NCBI GenBank assembly: GCA_041488255.1
Contig: JBGPOV010000006.1
Coordinates: forward strand, 14,096-78,095
Length of the DNA: 64,000 nucleotides
Direction of reading: 5' to 3'
Origin: Gammaproteobacteria bacterium
GTDB taxonomy: Bacteria; Pseudomonadota; Gammaproteobacteria; Burkholderiales; SHXO01
In this document: piece by piece, positions 26,363-34,669 of the stretch
Layout: every line of letters begins with the position of its first letter
How positions within the stretch are numbered: the first letter of the stretch is position 1
Translations under genes and position numbers: made by a program
The notes under the pieces: model-generated
Database searches by the model: none
The model's input: only the letters and a program-made list of their open reading frames with translations
Told to the model about the DNA's origin: nothing

Positions 26363-27820
26363 ATGGCTGGTATACTAGACACCCCCCTCGATCTCGACAA
26401 ACTTTCTCCTGCTCAGTGGGCATTGCTCGAAGACCTTCAAGGCAACATTCTCAAAGGCCACGGGAGAGATCACGCGGCCCATATTTTCCTGCACTTTGAC
26501 AGTGCGGATGGCGCGAAGGAGTGCCTGAAGCGGTTGCGAGGGCTGATCACTTCTGCAGGCGACCAGGTTCGTGTCTGGCAACGACTGCGCTCATCAAAAG
26601 CAGCAACACAAGCGGACCCTGGCTTACACACCATCTCCGGACAACTGTTCTTGAGCCTCGCCCTGTCCTGCAAGGGCTACGAAAAGCTTGGGATTAACCC
26701 GGATTCGATTCCCCAGGATCCGGCGTTCAAAGCTGGCATGCGGGGCCGACCCAGCTTACAGGATCCCCCCCCAGAACAGTGGACCATGCTAAAAAAAGAC
26801 GGCGGCAAAGCGCTTGAGGAGATCCACGCCCTGGTAATTGTGTCTTGCGACACACCTGAGGTCACTAAGCTCTACAAAGACATGATCGTGCGGCGATCGG
26901 CTCCGCACGCACGAGAGTTGGGCACAGAAACTGGAAGAGCGCTTCGAAACGCGGCGAGGCAACGGATCGAGCACTTTGGTTACGTGGATGGCATGAGCTC
27001 GCCAGTGTTCGTGCTCCAAGATCTGGAGGGGAGTCAAAACACCTGGAATCCGCTCTCACCTCCAAGCGTGGTTTTGGAAAGATGTCACGGCGGGGACGAG
27101 AACAGCTTCGGGAGTTACTTGGTGTTCCGTAAGCTGGAGCAGAATCCGCGCATGTTTGCCGGGCTGGAGATCGCCCTTGGCAAAGCGGCGGGAAAGACCT
27201 CCGATGAGGCTGGTGCTATGGTGATTGGCCGGAAGAAGGATGGTACGTCCTTGACGCTCTCCTCCGCGACGCCGTCAAATCCCCCCTCGAACGACTTCGA
27301 TTATCGTAACGACACTCATGGGAACGTATGTCCCTTCAATGCTCACGCGAGAAAACTGAACCCTCGGGGAGCGACGATTCCCAGCGATCCCCAACAAGGG
27401 GTGGGCGGGGAACGTCAGCATTGGATTGTCCGTCGTGGGATCCCATACGGCGCTCGCAAGGATGACCCCACCAAGCCTGCATCACCTGAATCACTCAGAG
27501 AACGGCCGGAGTGGGGGCAGGTGGGCCTTCTTTTCATGTGCTATCAGCGGAGCATCGAAACCCAATTCGAGGAACTTCAAAGCCACTGGGCGAACGATGC
27601 CTGGTTCCCGCTCGAACCAACCGAGAAGCTCAAGGGTGTCGATCCGCTGATTGGATCGCGAGACACGCGTGAGATGGAGAACGGGAAGCCCTTACTACAG
27701 CAGCCCTTGTGGCCATCCAGGTCGGGAAACATGGTACCGTTTGAGATTCCTCAATGCGTCAGGCTGCAGGGAGGAGAGTATTTTTTCGTTCCCAGCATTT
27801 CGTTCATCCGAAAACTCTAG
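26363..27820 (+). CDS. DyP-type (dye-decolorizing) heme peroxidase, long form
   Basis: ATG at 26363 follows AAGGAGGAAAC and gives 485 aa. DyP hallmarks: LQGNILKGHGR, GxxDG motif FGYVDGMSSP, proximal-His region CPFNAHARKLNPR, RRGIPYG, GLLFMCYQRSIETQFEELQ, and a C-terminal GGEYFFVPS. No Tat or Sec signal. Confidence 0.8.
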   Translation: MAGILDTPLDLDKLSPAQWALLEDLQGNILKGHGRDHAAHIFLHFDSADGAKECLKRLRGLITSAGDQVRVWQRLRSSKAATQADPGLHTISGQLFLSLALSCKGYEKLGINPDSIPQDPAFKAGMRGRPSLQDPPPEQWTMLKKDGGKALEEIHALVIVSCDTPEVTKLYKDMIVRRSAPHARELGTETGRALRNAARQRIEHFGYVDGMSSPVFVLQDLEGSQNTWNPLSPPSVVLERCHGGDENSFGSYLVFRKLEQNPRMFAGLEIALGKAAGKTSDEAGAMVIGRKKDGTSLTLSSATPSNPPSNDFDYRNDTHGNVCPFNAHARKLNPRGATIPSDPQQGVGGERQHWIVRRGIPYGARKDDPTKPASPESLRERPEWGQVGLLFMCYQRSIETQFEELQSHWANDAWFPLEPTEKLKGVDPLIGSRDTREMENGKPLLQQPLWPSRSGNMVPFEIPQCVRLQGGEYFFVPSISFIRKL

Positions 27821-28102
27821 TCTTTGAGCCACCGCTTAACGGTGAGACGATCCGTGCTTAGCTAGAGTGCAGAGCAGCCTCGGGCTAGCGCGTGCGTTGC
27901 GCTGGGCTCGATGCACCCATTCATGCGCGAACAGCTGCCCAAGGCGCGGGTCCCCGGAGGATGCTCGCAGGATGGGCCACAGAATTGCAGGCCCTGACGC
28001 ACACCGAAGAGTTATTCGGCGATGCACACAGCATCGGCCAGCTTTCGTAGCGGGCAGGGTCGTGGGTCGCATCGCCTCGGCTCCTGGGAAGCCGCTCCAG
28101 CC

Positions 28103-29356
28103 CTATGCCCGACGCGCGACGAGCACAGCGTTGGAGCCACCGAACGCAAAGGAGTTGGAAAGCGCGTACTCTAGCTGCGGCGCTTGCCGTCCCGCGCACG
28201 GCACGCAATCGAGGTCGCACTCGGGGTCCAGCATGGTCAGATGCGCGGTGGGCGGCAGGCGCCGCTTTTTCAGCGCCAGCACTGTGATCGCGAATTCGAG
28301 CGCTCCGGCCGCGCCGACCAAGTGTCCATGCATCGATTTCGTCCCGCTCACCGCCAGACGGCGAGCGTGGCCGCCGAACGTCTGCTTGATCGCATCGATC
28401 TCGATCTTGTCCCCCGCGAGCGTGGCAGTGGCGTGCGCGTTGATATAGCCAACCGCTTCCGGCTGAAGCCCGGCGTCTGCGAGCGCCGCGCGCATGGCCC
28501 GCACCTGGCCGTCGACCGCCGGCTGCGTGAGGTTGTGCGCGTCGCTAGACGCACCGTACCCTACCACCTCGGCAAGGGGCTGCGCGCCGCGCGAGCGCAT
28601 CGCCTCCTGCGCCTCCATCACGATCGCCACCGAACCCTCCCCGAGCACGAAACCGGTGCGGTCTTTGCTGAACGGACGGCTGGATGCCGCCGCGCCGTCG
28701 GCATGTTCCTTCGCGAGCACGCCGAGTCCGTCCCAGGCCGTGATAGCTCCGTCGTTCAGCATCGACTCGGTACCGCCCGCCAGGGCGCAATCCAGGTAGC
28801 CATCGCGGATCGCGCGAAACGCTTCGCCGATTGCCACGCCGGACGATGAACAAGCGATCGAGTAGGTGATCGAGGGGCCGCGGATCCCATAGCGCATGGA
28901 GATGTGGCTAGCCGGCGCATTCGTCATGATGAGAGGAACAGTGGACGGCTTAGCCTTGCGGGATTGTCGCTGGTAGTAGAGACGGTAGGCCTCCTGGATC
29001 GCGCTCGAGCCCCCAAGTCCGCAGCCGATGTAGATGCCAGCGGCGGCCGGGCCCCGGTCCTCCACGAGCAGCTTCGCGCCCGCCAGCGCGCGATGGGCGG
29101 CGATGACCGCCATCTGCGAGACCCGGTCCATGACAAAGAGCTGGGCCTTGGGGATCACGCCGGACGGATCGCACTCGGCCTGCGCAAGTAGAACATCGGC
29201 CCCGAACTCCGCAGTCCCGCTGCGGACCTTGCGGATCGCAGACTCGCCGGCGTACAGCCGTTCGAACACGCCATCGGGGTCGCCGCCATGCGGCGAGACG
29301 AGCCCGAGGCCGGTGACGAATACGCGTCGGCGGGCCGCAGTGGCTGGTTCAGGCAC
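28103..29356 (-). CDS. beta-ketoacyl-ACP synthase (KAS I/II, FabF/FabB-like paralogue)
   Basis: VFVTGLGLVSPHG, active-site Cys in YSIACSSSGVAIGEA, INAHATATLAGD, GTKSMHGHLVGAAGALE, NSFAFGGSNAVLV. The start is uncertain. GTG at 29356 overlaps the ACP stop (GTGCCTGA) and the track start is GTG at 29398. Confidence 0.9.
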   Translation of the reverse strand: MPEPATAARRRVFVTGLGLVSPHGGDPDGVFERLYAGESAIRKVRSGTAEFGADVLLAQAECDPSGVIPKAQLFVMDRVSQMAVIAAHRALAGAKLLVEDRGPAAAGIYIGCGLGGSSAIQEAYRLYYQRQSRKAKPSTVPLIMTNAPASHISMRYGIRGPSITYSIACSSSGVAIGEAFRAIRDGYLDCALAGGTESMLNDGAITAWDGLGVLAKEHADGAAASSRPFSKDRTGFVLGEGSVAIVMEAQEAMRSRGAQPLAEVVGYGASSDAHNLTQPAVDGQVRAMRAALADAGLQPEAVGYINAHATATLAGDKIEIDAIKQTFGGHARRLAVSGTKSMHGHLVGAAGALEFAITVLALKKRRLPPTAHLTMLDPECDLDCVPCAGRQAPQLEYALSNSFAFGGSNAVLVARRA

Positions 29357-29588
29357 CTTTGGTTTGGATGAGTTCGTCGACCAGTGCCGCCCCGTCACCC
29401 AGCGTAGTGAAGTTCGCGCGCTCGTCCGGGATGTCGATTCCGTACTTGTCCGCGACGTCGAACATCAGCTCGGCGGCCGATAGGGAATCGAGCCCGAGCT
29501 CAGCAAGCGTCGCCTCTGGCCGGATCGTGTCCGGCTTGACGTCGTGCCTCTCAATGAGCACTTGCTTGATGTAATCGTACGAACTCAT
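29349..29588 (-). CDS. acyl carrier protein (phosphopantetheine-binding), dedicated
   Basis: MSSYDYIKQVLIERHDVKPDTIRPEATLAELGLDSLSAAELMFDVADKYGIDIP contains the DSL serine motif. An alternative ATG lies 9 nt upstream at 29597. Confidence 0.85.
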   Translation of the reverse strand: MSSYDYIKQVLIERHDVKPDTIRPEATLAELGLDSLSAAELMFDVADKYGIDIPDERANFTTLGDGAALVDELIQTKGA

Positions 29589-29759
29589 GGTGCGCATCCA
29601 TTGGTGGGTTGCGGCTCGGAAAGTGGAAATATACCATGGCGATCGTGCGCTGGCGCCCGGCACCCGGTCCGGGTGCCGGTGTCGGCCCGGCGGGCGTCCC
29701 GGGATGCCGGTCGAGCTGGCCGCCCACCTTCAAATACCTCTGATCGGCCGGCCCGTCCA

Positions 29760-30596
29760 ATGCGTTTTCTGTTCCGAATCATCGCCGCTCTTCCGCTGCG
29801 CACAGTACAGGCGCTGGGCGCGGCGCTGGCACGCCTGGCCTTCGCCCTGTCGGCCCGCGAGCGGCGCAGGCTCGAACAGAACATGCGCTACGCCGGCTAT
29901 GACGACCCGCTGCTTCGGAGCGCGGCGATCGCGGAGGCGGGTAAGACCCTCCTGGAGATGCCCTGGCTCTGGACGCGGCCCCAGGACGAGGTCGTCAGGC
30001 TCGTGCAAGACGTCGAGGGGGAGGCCTTGGTCGACGAGGCGCGGGCGCAGGGCAAGGGCATCATCTACCTCACGCCGCATCTGGGCTCCTTCGAAGTTGC
30101 CGCCCAGTATGCCACCACCCGTGCGCCCATCACGGCGATGTACCGGTCACCGAGGCAAACTGGACTCGAGCCCTTGATTCGAGCTGGCCGGGCGCGCGGC
30201 GACGTCCGGCTCGCGACCGCGGATATGAAAGGGGTGTTCACGCTATTGCGCGCACTGCGCAACGGCCAGTGGGTCGGCATCCTTCCTGACCAGGTGCCCA
30301 GCCAGGGCGAAGGCGAGTGGACCGAGTTCTTCGGCCGTCCCGCCTACACCATGACGCTGACGCACCGGCTCCAGAACAGCACCGGGGCCGTCGTGGTCCT
30401 CGTGTTCTGCGAGCGCTTGCCACAGGGCAGGGGTTACCGGATTCATCTCGAGCCGCTCCCGCCCCTGGACCCGGGCGAATCGCCGACGCGCCAGCTCAAC
30501 CGCGGGCTCGAACGCCTCATCCGCAAGTGCCCGGCGCAATACCTCTGGTCCTACAACCGTTACAAGGTTCCGGCGGGCGTGACACCCCCCGCCTGA
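29760..30596 (+). CDS. LpxL/HtrB-family (lysophospholipid/lipid A biosynthesis) acyltransferase
   Basis: ATG at 29760 gives 278 aa: MRFLFRIIAALPL...GKGIIYLTPHLGSFEVAA (HX4E/D-type acyltransferase motif), ...GILPDQVP...FFGRPAYTMTLTHRL...CPAQYLWSYNRYK. It is divergent from ACP-KAS. Confidence 0.85.
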   Translation: MRFLFRIIAALPLRTVQALGAALARLAFALSARERRRLEQNMRYAGYDDPLLRSAAIAEAGKTLLEMPWLWTRPQDEVVRLVQDVEGEALVDEARAQGKGIIYLTPHLGSFEVAAQYATTRAPITAMYRSPRQTGLEPLIRAGRARGDVRLATADMKGVFTLLRALRNGQWVGILPDQVPSQGEGEWTEFFGRPAYTMTLTHRLQNSTGAVVVLVFCERLPQGRGYRIHLEPLPPLDPGESPTRQLNRGLERLIRKCPAQYLWSYNRYKVPAGVTPPA

Positions 30597-30757
30597 AGCA
30601 TCATTGCGACGCCACGAACGTCGAGCGTCGGTTCGCATCCAGTGGCGAGACTCAGACCATCCATAGGAATCTCGACATCGCTTGGTTGTGGGAAAGCAAC
30701 GCGTCGCGCGCCACCACCACTGCGCCCCGCAATGCGGTCTCGGCCGGACAGCGGTCT

Positions 30758-31888
30758 TTATTCATGCGCCAGCCAGTCGCGGTTCGCGACTGTTGCGACG
30801 GCCGTTCGTGCGGCAAGGGCCGCGCCTCCGGCACGGGGGCCAAGGCGCGAGGTATCCGACTGCGCCGTGGCAACAGCGGGCGGAAGCTCGGCCGCAATGA
30901 GGTCAAACAGCCAGCGCAGCATGCGGTCTCCCCCCGCGAACAAGTTGGCCACCAAAACCGTCCCGGCCACGCTGCGACGCGTAATTTTCACCTGCTGACC
31001 CGCGGTAAATGCCGGGTTGCCGTGGATTTTGCGCAGAGTGAGGAGCGCCATGCCGATGGCCCACAGGCAGAACTTGCGCAGACCTCGCTCATCGCGTGGA
31101 AGCAGCAGGGTGTACGCAAGGGCATTGCGCAAGTGCCAGTGTGCAATGCCGATGAGCTTGCGCAGCGCATGAGCAAAAGCGACGTCGTGGTGTCCCCTGG
31201 AGAGGTTCTTCAGATCGAACCCGAACTCGCGGAACACGTCCTGCGGCAACCAGCATGCGCCCCGGCTGCGGTCCTCCCAAAGGTCCTTGAGGATATTGGT
31301 CATCTGCAGGGCCTGGCCAAACGACACCGCCAACACCAGCAGCTGCGGCCGGTTCCGTGCAATGTCGTTTGAGTAGTCGCAGAACAGCTCGGTCAGCATC
31401 TCGCCCACCACCCCGGCGACGTAATAACAGTAAGCATCGAGATGCGGCAGATCGGGGAGCCCGGCCCTGCTCTGGTTGGCCTGGAACCAGGCCATGCCCT
31501 CGCCCATGATCGCGACGCATCGCTCCAACACCGCGCGCTGAGCTGGCGTGAAACTATGGGTGACGCGGATGACCACGGCGCTGTTGCGGACCAGGTCCCG
31601 CTCGGCCTCGATGGTTCTGCTGGACAGCAGCAGATGGAGCTTGGCCGCGAACGGCTCGGCAGGGGAGCGGCCGGCGACGACGTCGATAAACTGCTCGGCG
31701 AAATGTCGCTTCTGCTCAGCATCCAGCGCGACCTCGTCTTCGATCGTGTCGGCGATGCGGCACAGCAGGTACCCATTGGTCACGACCTTGCACAGCTGCG
31801 CCGGCAGCTGGGGGATGGTCAACGCGAACGTGCGCGACACGCCATGCAAAATGTGCATCTGGTAGGCTTCGTCCGAGACAATCGCCAT
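30758..31888 (-). CDS. squalene/phytoene synthase family protein (squalene-synthase-like farnesyl-diphosphate farnesyltransferase)
   Basis: 376 aa; SRTFALTIPQLP, first Asp-rich motif CRIADTIEDE, YCYYVAGVVGEMLTELF, QMTNILKDLWEDRSRGACWLP. Confidence 0.8.
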   Translation of the reverse strand: MAIVSDEAYQMHILHGVSRTFALTIPQLPAQLCKVVTNGYLLCRIADTIEDEVALDAEQKRHFAEQFIDVVAGRSPAEPFAAKLHLLLSSRTIEAERDLVRNSAVVIRVTHSFTPAQRAVLERCVAIMGEGMAWFQANQSRAGLPDLPHLDAYCYYVAGVVGEMLTELFCDYSNDIARNRPQLLVLAVSFGQALQMTNILKDLWEDRSRGACWLPQDVFREFGFDLKNLSRGHHDVAFAHALRKLIGIAHWHLRNALAYTLLLPRDERGLRKFCLWAIGMALLTLRKIHGNPAFTAGQQVKITRRSVAGTVLVANLFAGGDRMLRWLFDLIAAELPPAVATAQSDTSRLGPRAGGAALAARTAVATVANRDWLAHE

Positions 31889-32067
31889 GGTCAGCGTGTT
31901 CCGTCAAGTCTGCCGTGCTTTGAGCCGGTGCGACGGCTTAGTGTAACGCGATGCCGCGCTTCACGATGTTGGCTAGCGACGCACTCCGCGCAGCCTCTGA
32001 GTCACGCTGTAGCGCGCGACTCTGTATTGCAGTATCAAGGGTACCGTCGCGCCGGCTCGGCGCGCAC

Positions 32068-33021
32068 TTAAGAAGCCGCGTCGCGCTGCGCAGGCTTGCC
32101 GGCCAGCAGCGTCTTCGGCAGGTTGAAAGTAACCGTCTCCTGCACGCCGTCCAGCTCCCGCGTGGCGGTCACGCCGAACTGGTGCAGCCGCTCGAGCACC
32201 TTGTGCAAGAGCACCTCCGGCGCCGACGCCCCTGCCGTGACGCCCACCCGCTTCACGCCGACAAACCAGCTCGGATCGATCTCGGCTTCGTCCTGGATCA
32301 GATAGGCAGCAAGCCCATGCTGCGTGGCCACTTCACACAAGCGGACCGAGTTCGAGCTGTTGCGGGCGCCCACCACCAGCAACATGTCCACTTCGCAGGC
32401 CAGCCGCCGCACGGCGTTTTGCCGGTTCTGGGTCGCATAGCAGATGTCGTCTAGCTCCGGCCCCTGGATGGCGGGGAAGCGCCGTTTTAGCGCCGCGATG
32501 ACCTCGCGCGTGTCGTCGATACTGAGCGTCGTCTGGGTTACGTAGGCCAGGCGCTGCGGGTCGATGACATTGAGCGCGGCTACGTCGTCGAGCGTCGAGA
32601 CGACCTGCACCGGGCCGGTCACCGACCCCATGGTGCCATCGACCTCTTCGTGCCCAAGATGGCCGATGATGATGATCTCGAAGCCCTTGGCGCTGTAGCG
32701 CTGCGCCTGAAGATGCACTTTCGTCACCAAGGGGCAGGTGGCATCGATGATTTCCAGCCCCTGGCGTTCGGCATGCTGCACGATGGCGTTGGACACGCCA
32801 TGGGCGCTGAAGACAATCACCGAGCCGGACGGGACCAAGTCCAGGCTTTCGACGAAAACCGCCCCGCGCCTCTCGAGGTCATCGACCACGTATCGGTTGT
32901 GGACAATCTCGTGGAACACGTACACCGGCGTGCCGAATATTTCGAGAGCGCGCTCCACGATCTCCACCGCCCGCACTACGCCTGCGCAAAAGCCTCGCGG
33001 CTGAGCAAGAAGAATTTCCAT
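32068..33021 (-). CDS. ispH: 4-hydroxy-3-methylbut-2-enyl diphosphate reductase
   Basis: MEILLAQPRGFCAGVVRAVEIVERAL...VYVFHEIVHNRYVV...IVFSAHGVS...DATCPLVTKVH...VVGARNSSNS. Confidence 0.95.
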   Translation of the reverse strand: MEILLAQPRGFCAGVVRAVEIVERALEIFGTPVYVFHEIVHNRYVVDDLERRGAVFVESLDLVPSGSVIVFSAHGVSNAIVQHAERQGLEIIDATCPLVTKVHLQAQRYSAKGFEIIIIGHLGHEEVDGTMGSVTGPVQVVSTLDDVAALNVIDPQRLAYVTQTTLSIDDTREVIAALKRRFPAIQGPELDDICYATQNRQNAVRRLACEVDMLLVVGARNSSNSVRLCEVATQHGLAAYLIQDEAEIDPSWFVGVKRVGVTAGASAPEVLLHKVLERLHQFGVTATRELDGVQETVTFNLPKTLLAGKPAQRDAAS

Positions 33022-33255
33022 TATCGCTTCCTCTGCTGCGTAGCCTCCCTAAAGGCTGCGCGGCGTGAGTAAGTCTTGATTTTACAACGCTTGTTGCCGG
33101 CGGCGAAAGAGCACAGAACTTTGAACCGGGCCCTGGCGGTTTCACGCAACCTTCTCGATCACCCGCAACTCTCCTCGCACAACTCTGCAGAACAATAAGG
33201 CTGGCCCGAATAATCGTTGCTACGAGCGGCTGGTCACGCTGGAAGAAAAGGGCAA

Positions 33256-34455
33256 TCAGACCAGGCTGACGCGCGCGAATTTGCGCTTGCCGACCTGGAC
33301 AACGAACCGCTGCCCCTTGCCTAACGCCAGGCCCCTGTCGCTCACCTTCTCGCCGTTGAGCCTGACTCCGCCCTGGTCGATCATGCGCCCCGCCTCGGAG
33401 GTGCTGGCCGTGAGCCCAACCCGCTTGAGGATCTGAGTCAGAAGCAGCGGTTCCCCAACCAGCGCAATGGTGTGTTCGGGGATCTCTTCGGGCATCTCAC
33501 GTTCTCTGAAGCGGGCGTTGAAGTCTCGAGCGGCGTTGTGGGCAGCGTGAGGCCCGTGGAATCTCGCGACGATCTCCGTGGCGAAGTCAAACTTCACATC
33601 GCGCGGGTTAGCGCCCTGCTCCACAGCCCGTTTCTTCGCCTCGACTTCCGCAATCGGCTGCAAGGATAGGAGCTCGATGTAGCGCCACATCAGATCATCC
33701 GAGATGGACATGATCTTGCCGAAGATCTGATTCGGCGGCTCGTTGATGCCCACGTAGTTGCCCAGCGACTTGGACATCTTGTTCACGCCATCCAGCCCCT
33801 CGAGCAGCGGCATGGTCAGGATGCACTGGGGCGGCTGAGCGTAGTGTTTCTGCAGCTCGCGCCCCACCAGCAGGTTGAACTTTTGATCGGTGCCGCCCAG
33901 CTCGATGTCCGCGCGCAACGCCACCGAGTCGTAACCCTGTACCAGCGGATAGAGGAACTCGTGGATGGCAATCGGTTGGTTGCCGCGGTAGCGCTTGCCG
34001 AAGTCATCGCGCTCAAGCATGCGCGCCACTGTATGCTTGGCCGCGAGTCGAATGAGGTCCGCCGCACCCATCGGGTCGAACCAGGTCGAGTTAAATGCGA
34101 TCTCGGTCCTGTCCGCCTCGAGGATCTTGAACACCTGGTCCTTGTAGGTCTTGGCGTTGTCCTCGATCTGCCCGCGCGACAGAGGCGGTCGCGTGGCGTT
34201 CTTGCCGGCGGGGTCCCCGATCATCCCGGTGAAGTCGCCGATCAGGAAGATCACATGGTGGCCGAGATCCTGGAACTGGCGCATCTTGTTTAGCAGCACC
34301 GCGTGCCCGAGGTGCAAGTCGGGTGCGGTCGGGTCGAAGCCCGCCTTCACGCGCAGCGGCCGGCCCGACTTGAGCCGGTCCACCAGCTCATCCTCCACCA
34401 GGAGCTCTTCGCAGCCGCGCTTGATGACCTTCAGGCTTTCCTGGACGCCAACCAT
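33256..34455 (-). CDS. tyrS: tyrosine--tRNA ligase
   Basis: ATG at 34455 gives 399 aa. HIGH motif DLHLGH and KMSKS present, with a C-terminal S4-like domain ([14 protein letters not shown]). The 546-aa track ORF is an upstream over-extension. Confidence 0.95.
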   Translation of the reverse strand: MVGVQESLKVIKRGCEELLVEDELVDRLKSGRPLRVKAGFDPTAPDLHLGHAVLLNKMRQFQDLGHHVIFLIGDFTGMIGDPAGKNATRPPLSRGQIEDNAKTYKDQVFKILEADRTEIAFNSTWFDPMGAADLIRLAAKHTVARMLERDDFGKRYRGNQPIAIHEFLYPLVQGYDSVALRADIELGGTDQKFNLLVGRELQKHYAQPPQCILTMPLLEGLDGVNKMSKSLGNYVGINEPPNQIFGKIMSISDDLMWRYIELLSLQPIAEVEAKKRAVEQGANPRDVKFDFATEIVARFHGPHAAHNAARDFNARFREREMPEEIPEHTIALVGEPLLLTQILKRVGLTASTSEAGRMIDQGGVRLNGEKVSDRGLALGKGQRFVVQVGKRKFARVSLV

Positions 34456-34669
34456 GAGTACCCTAGACACGAACATCCTGGACCAGCGACGGCGGGTTAG
34501 AGAGCTTGGATTTGCACCCCATCGCCCGATCGTGGCTTTTCTGCTACCCTTCAGCCCGTTTGCACTCGACCGATGGAAAAAGGAGAACGGGATTCTAGCG
34601 GAAAAGACTCTCGGCCTCACCCCTCCCGCCCGGCAACGAGGGCGTGTCTCGCGCCGCGGGCTGGTGGCA

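Noticed and set aside
27836-28072. 78-aa minus-strand ORF containing an HExxH-like string (FAHEWVHRAQ) in the gap between the DyP gene and the KAS gene.
   Set aside because: It is short, Arg/Cys-rich, has no SD, and the motif alone is weak evidence. It could be a fragment of a disrupted metallopeptidase-like gene at the island border, but that is speculation.
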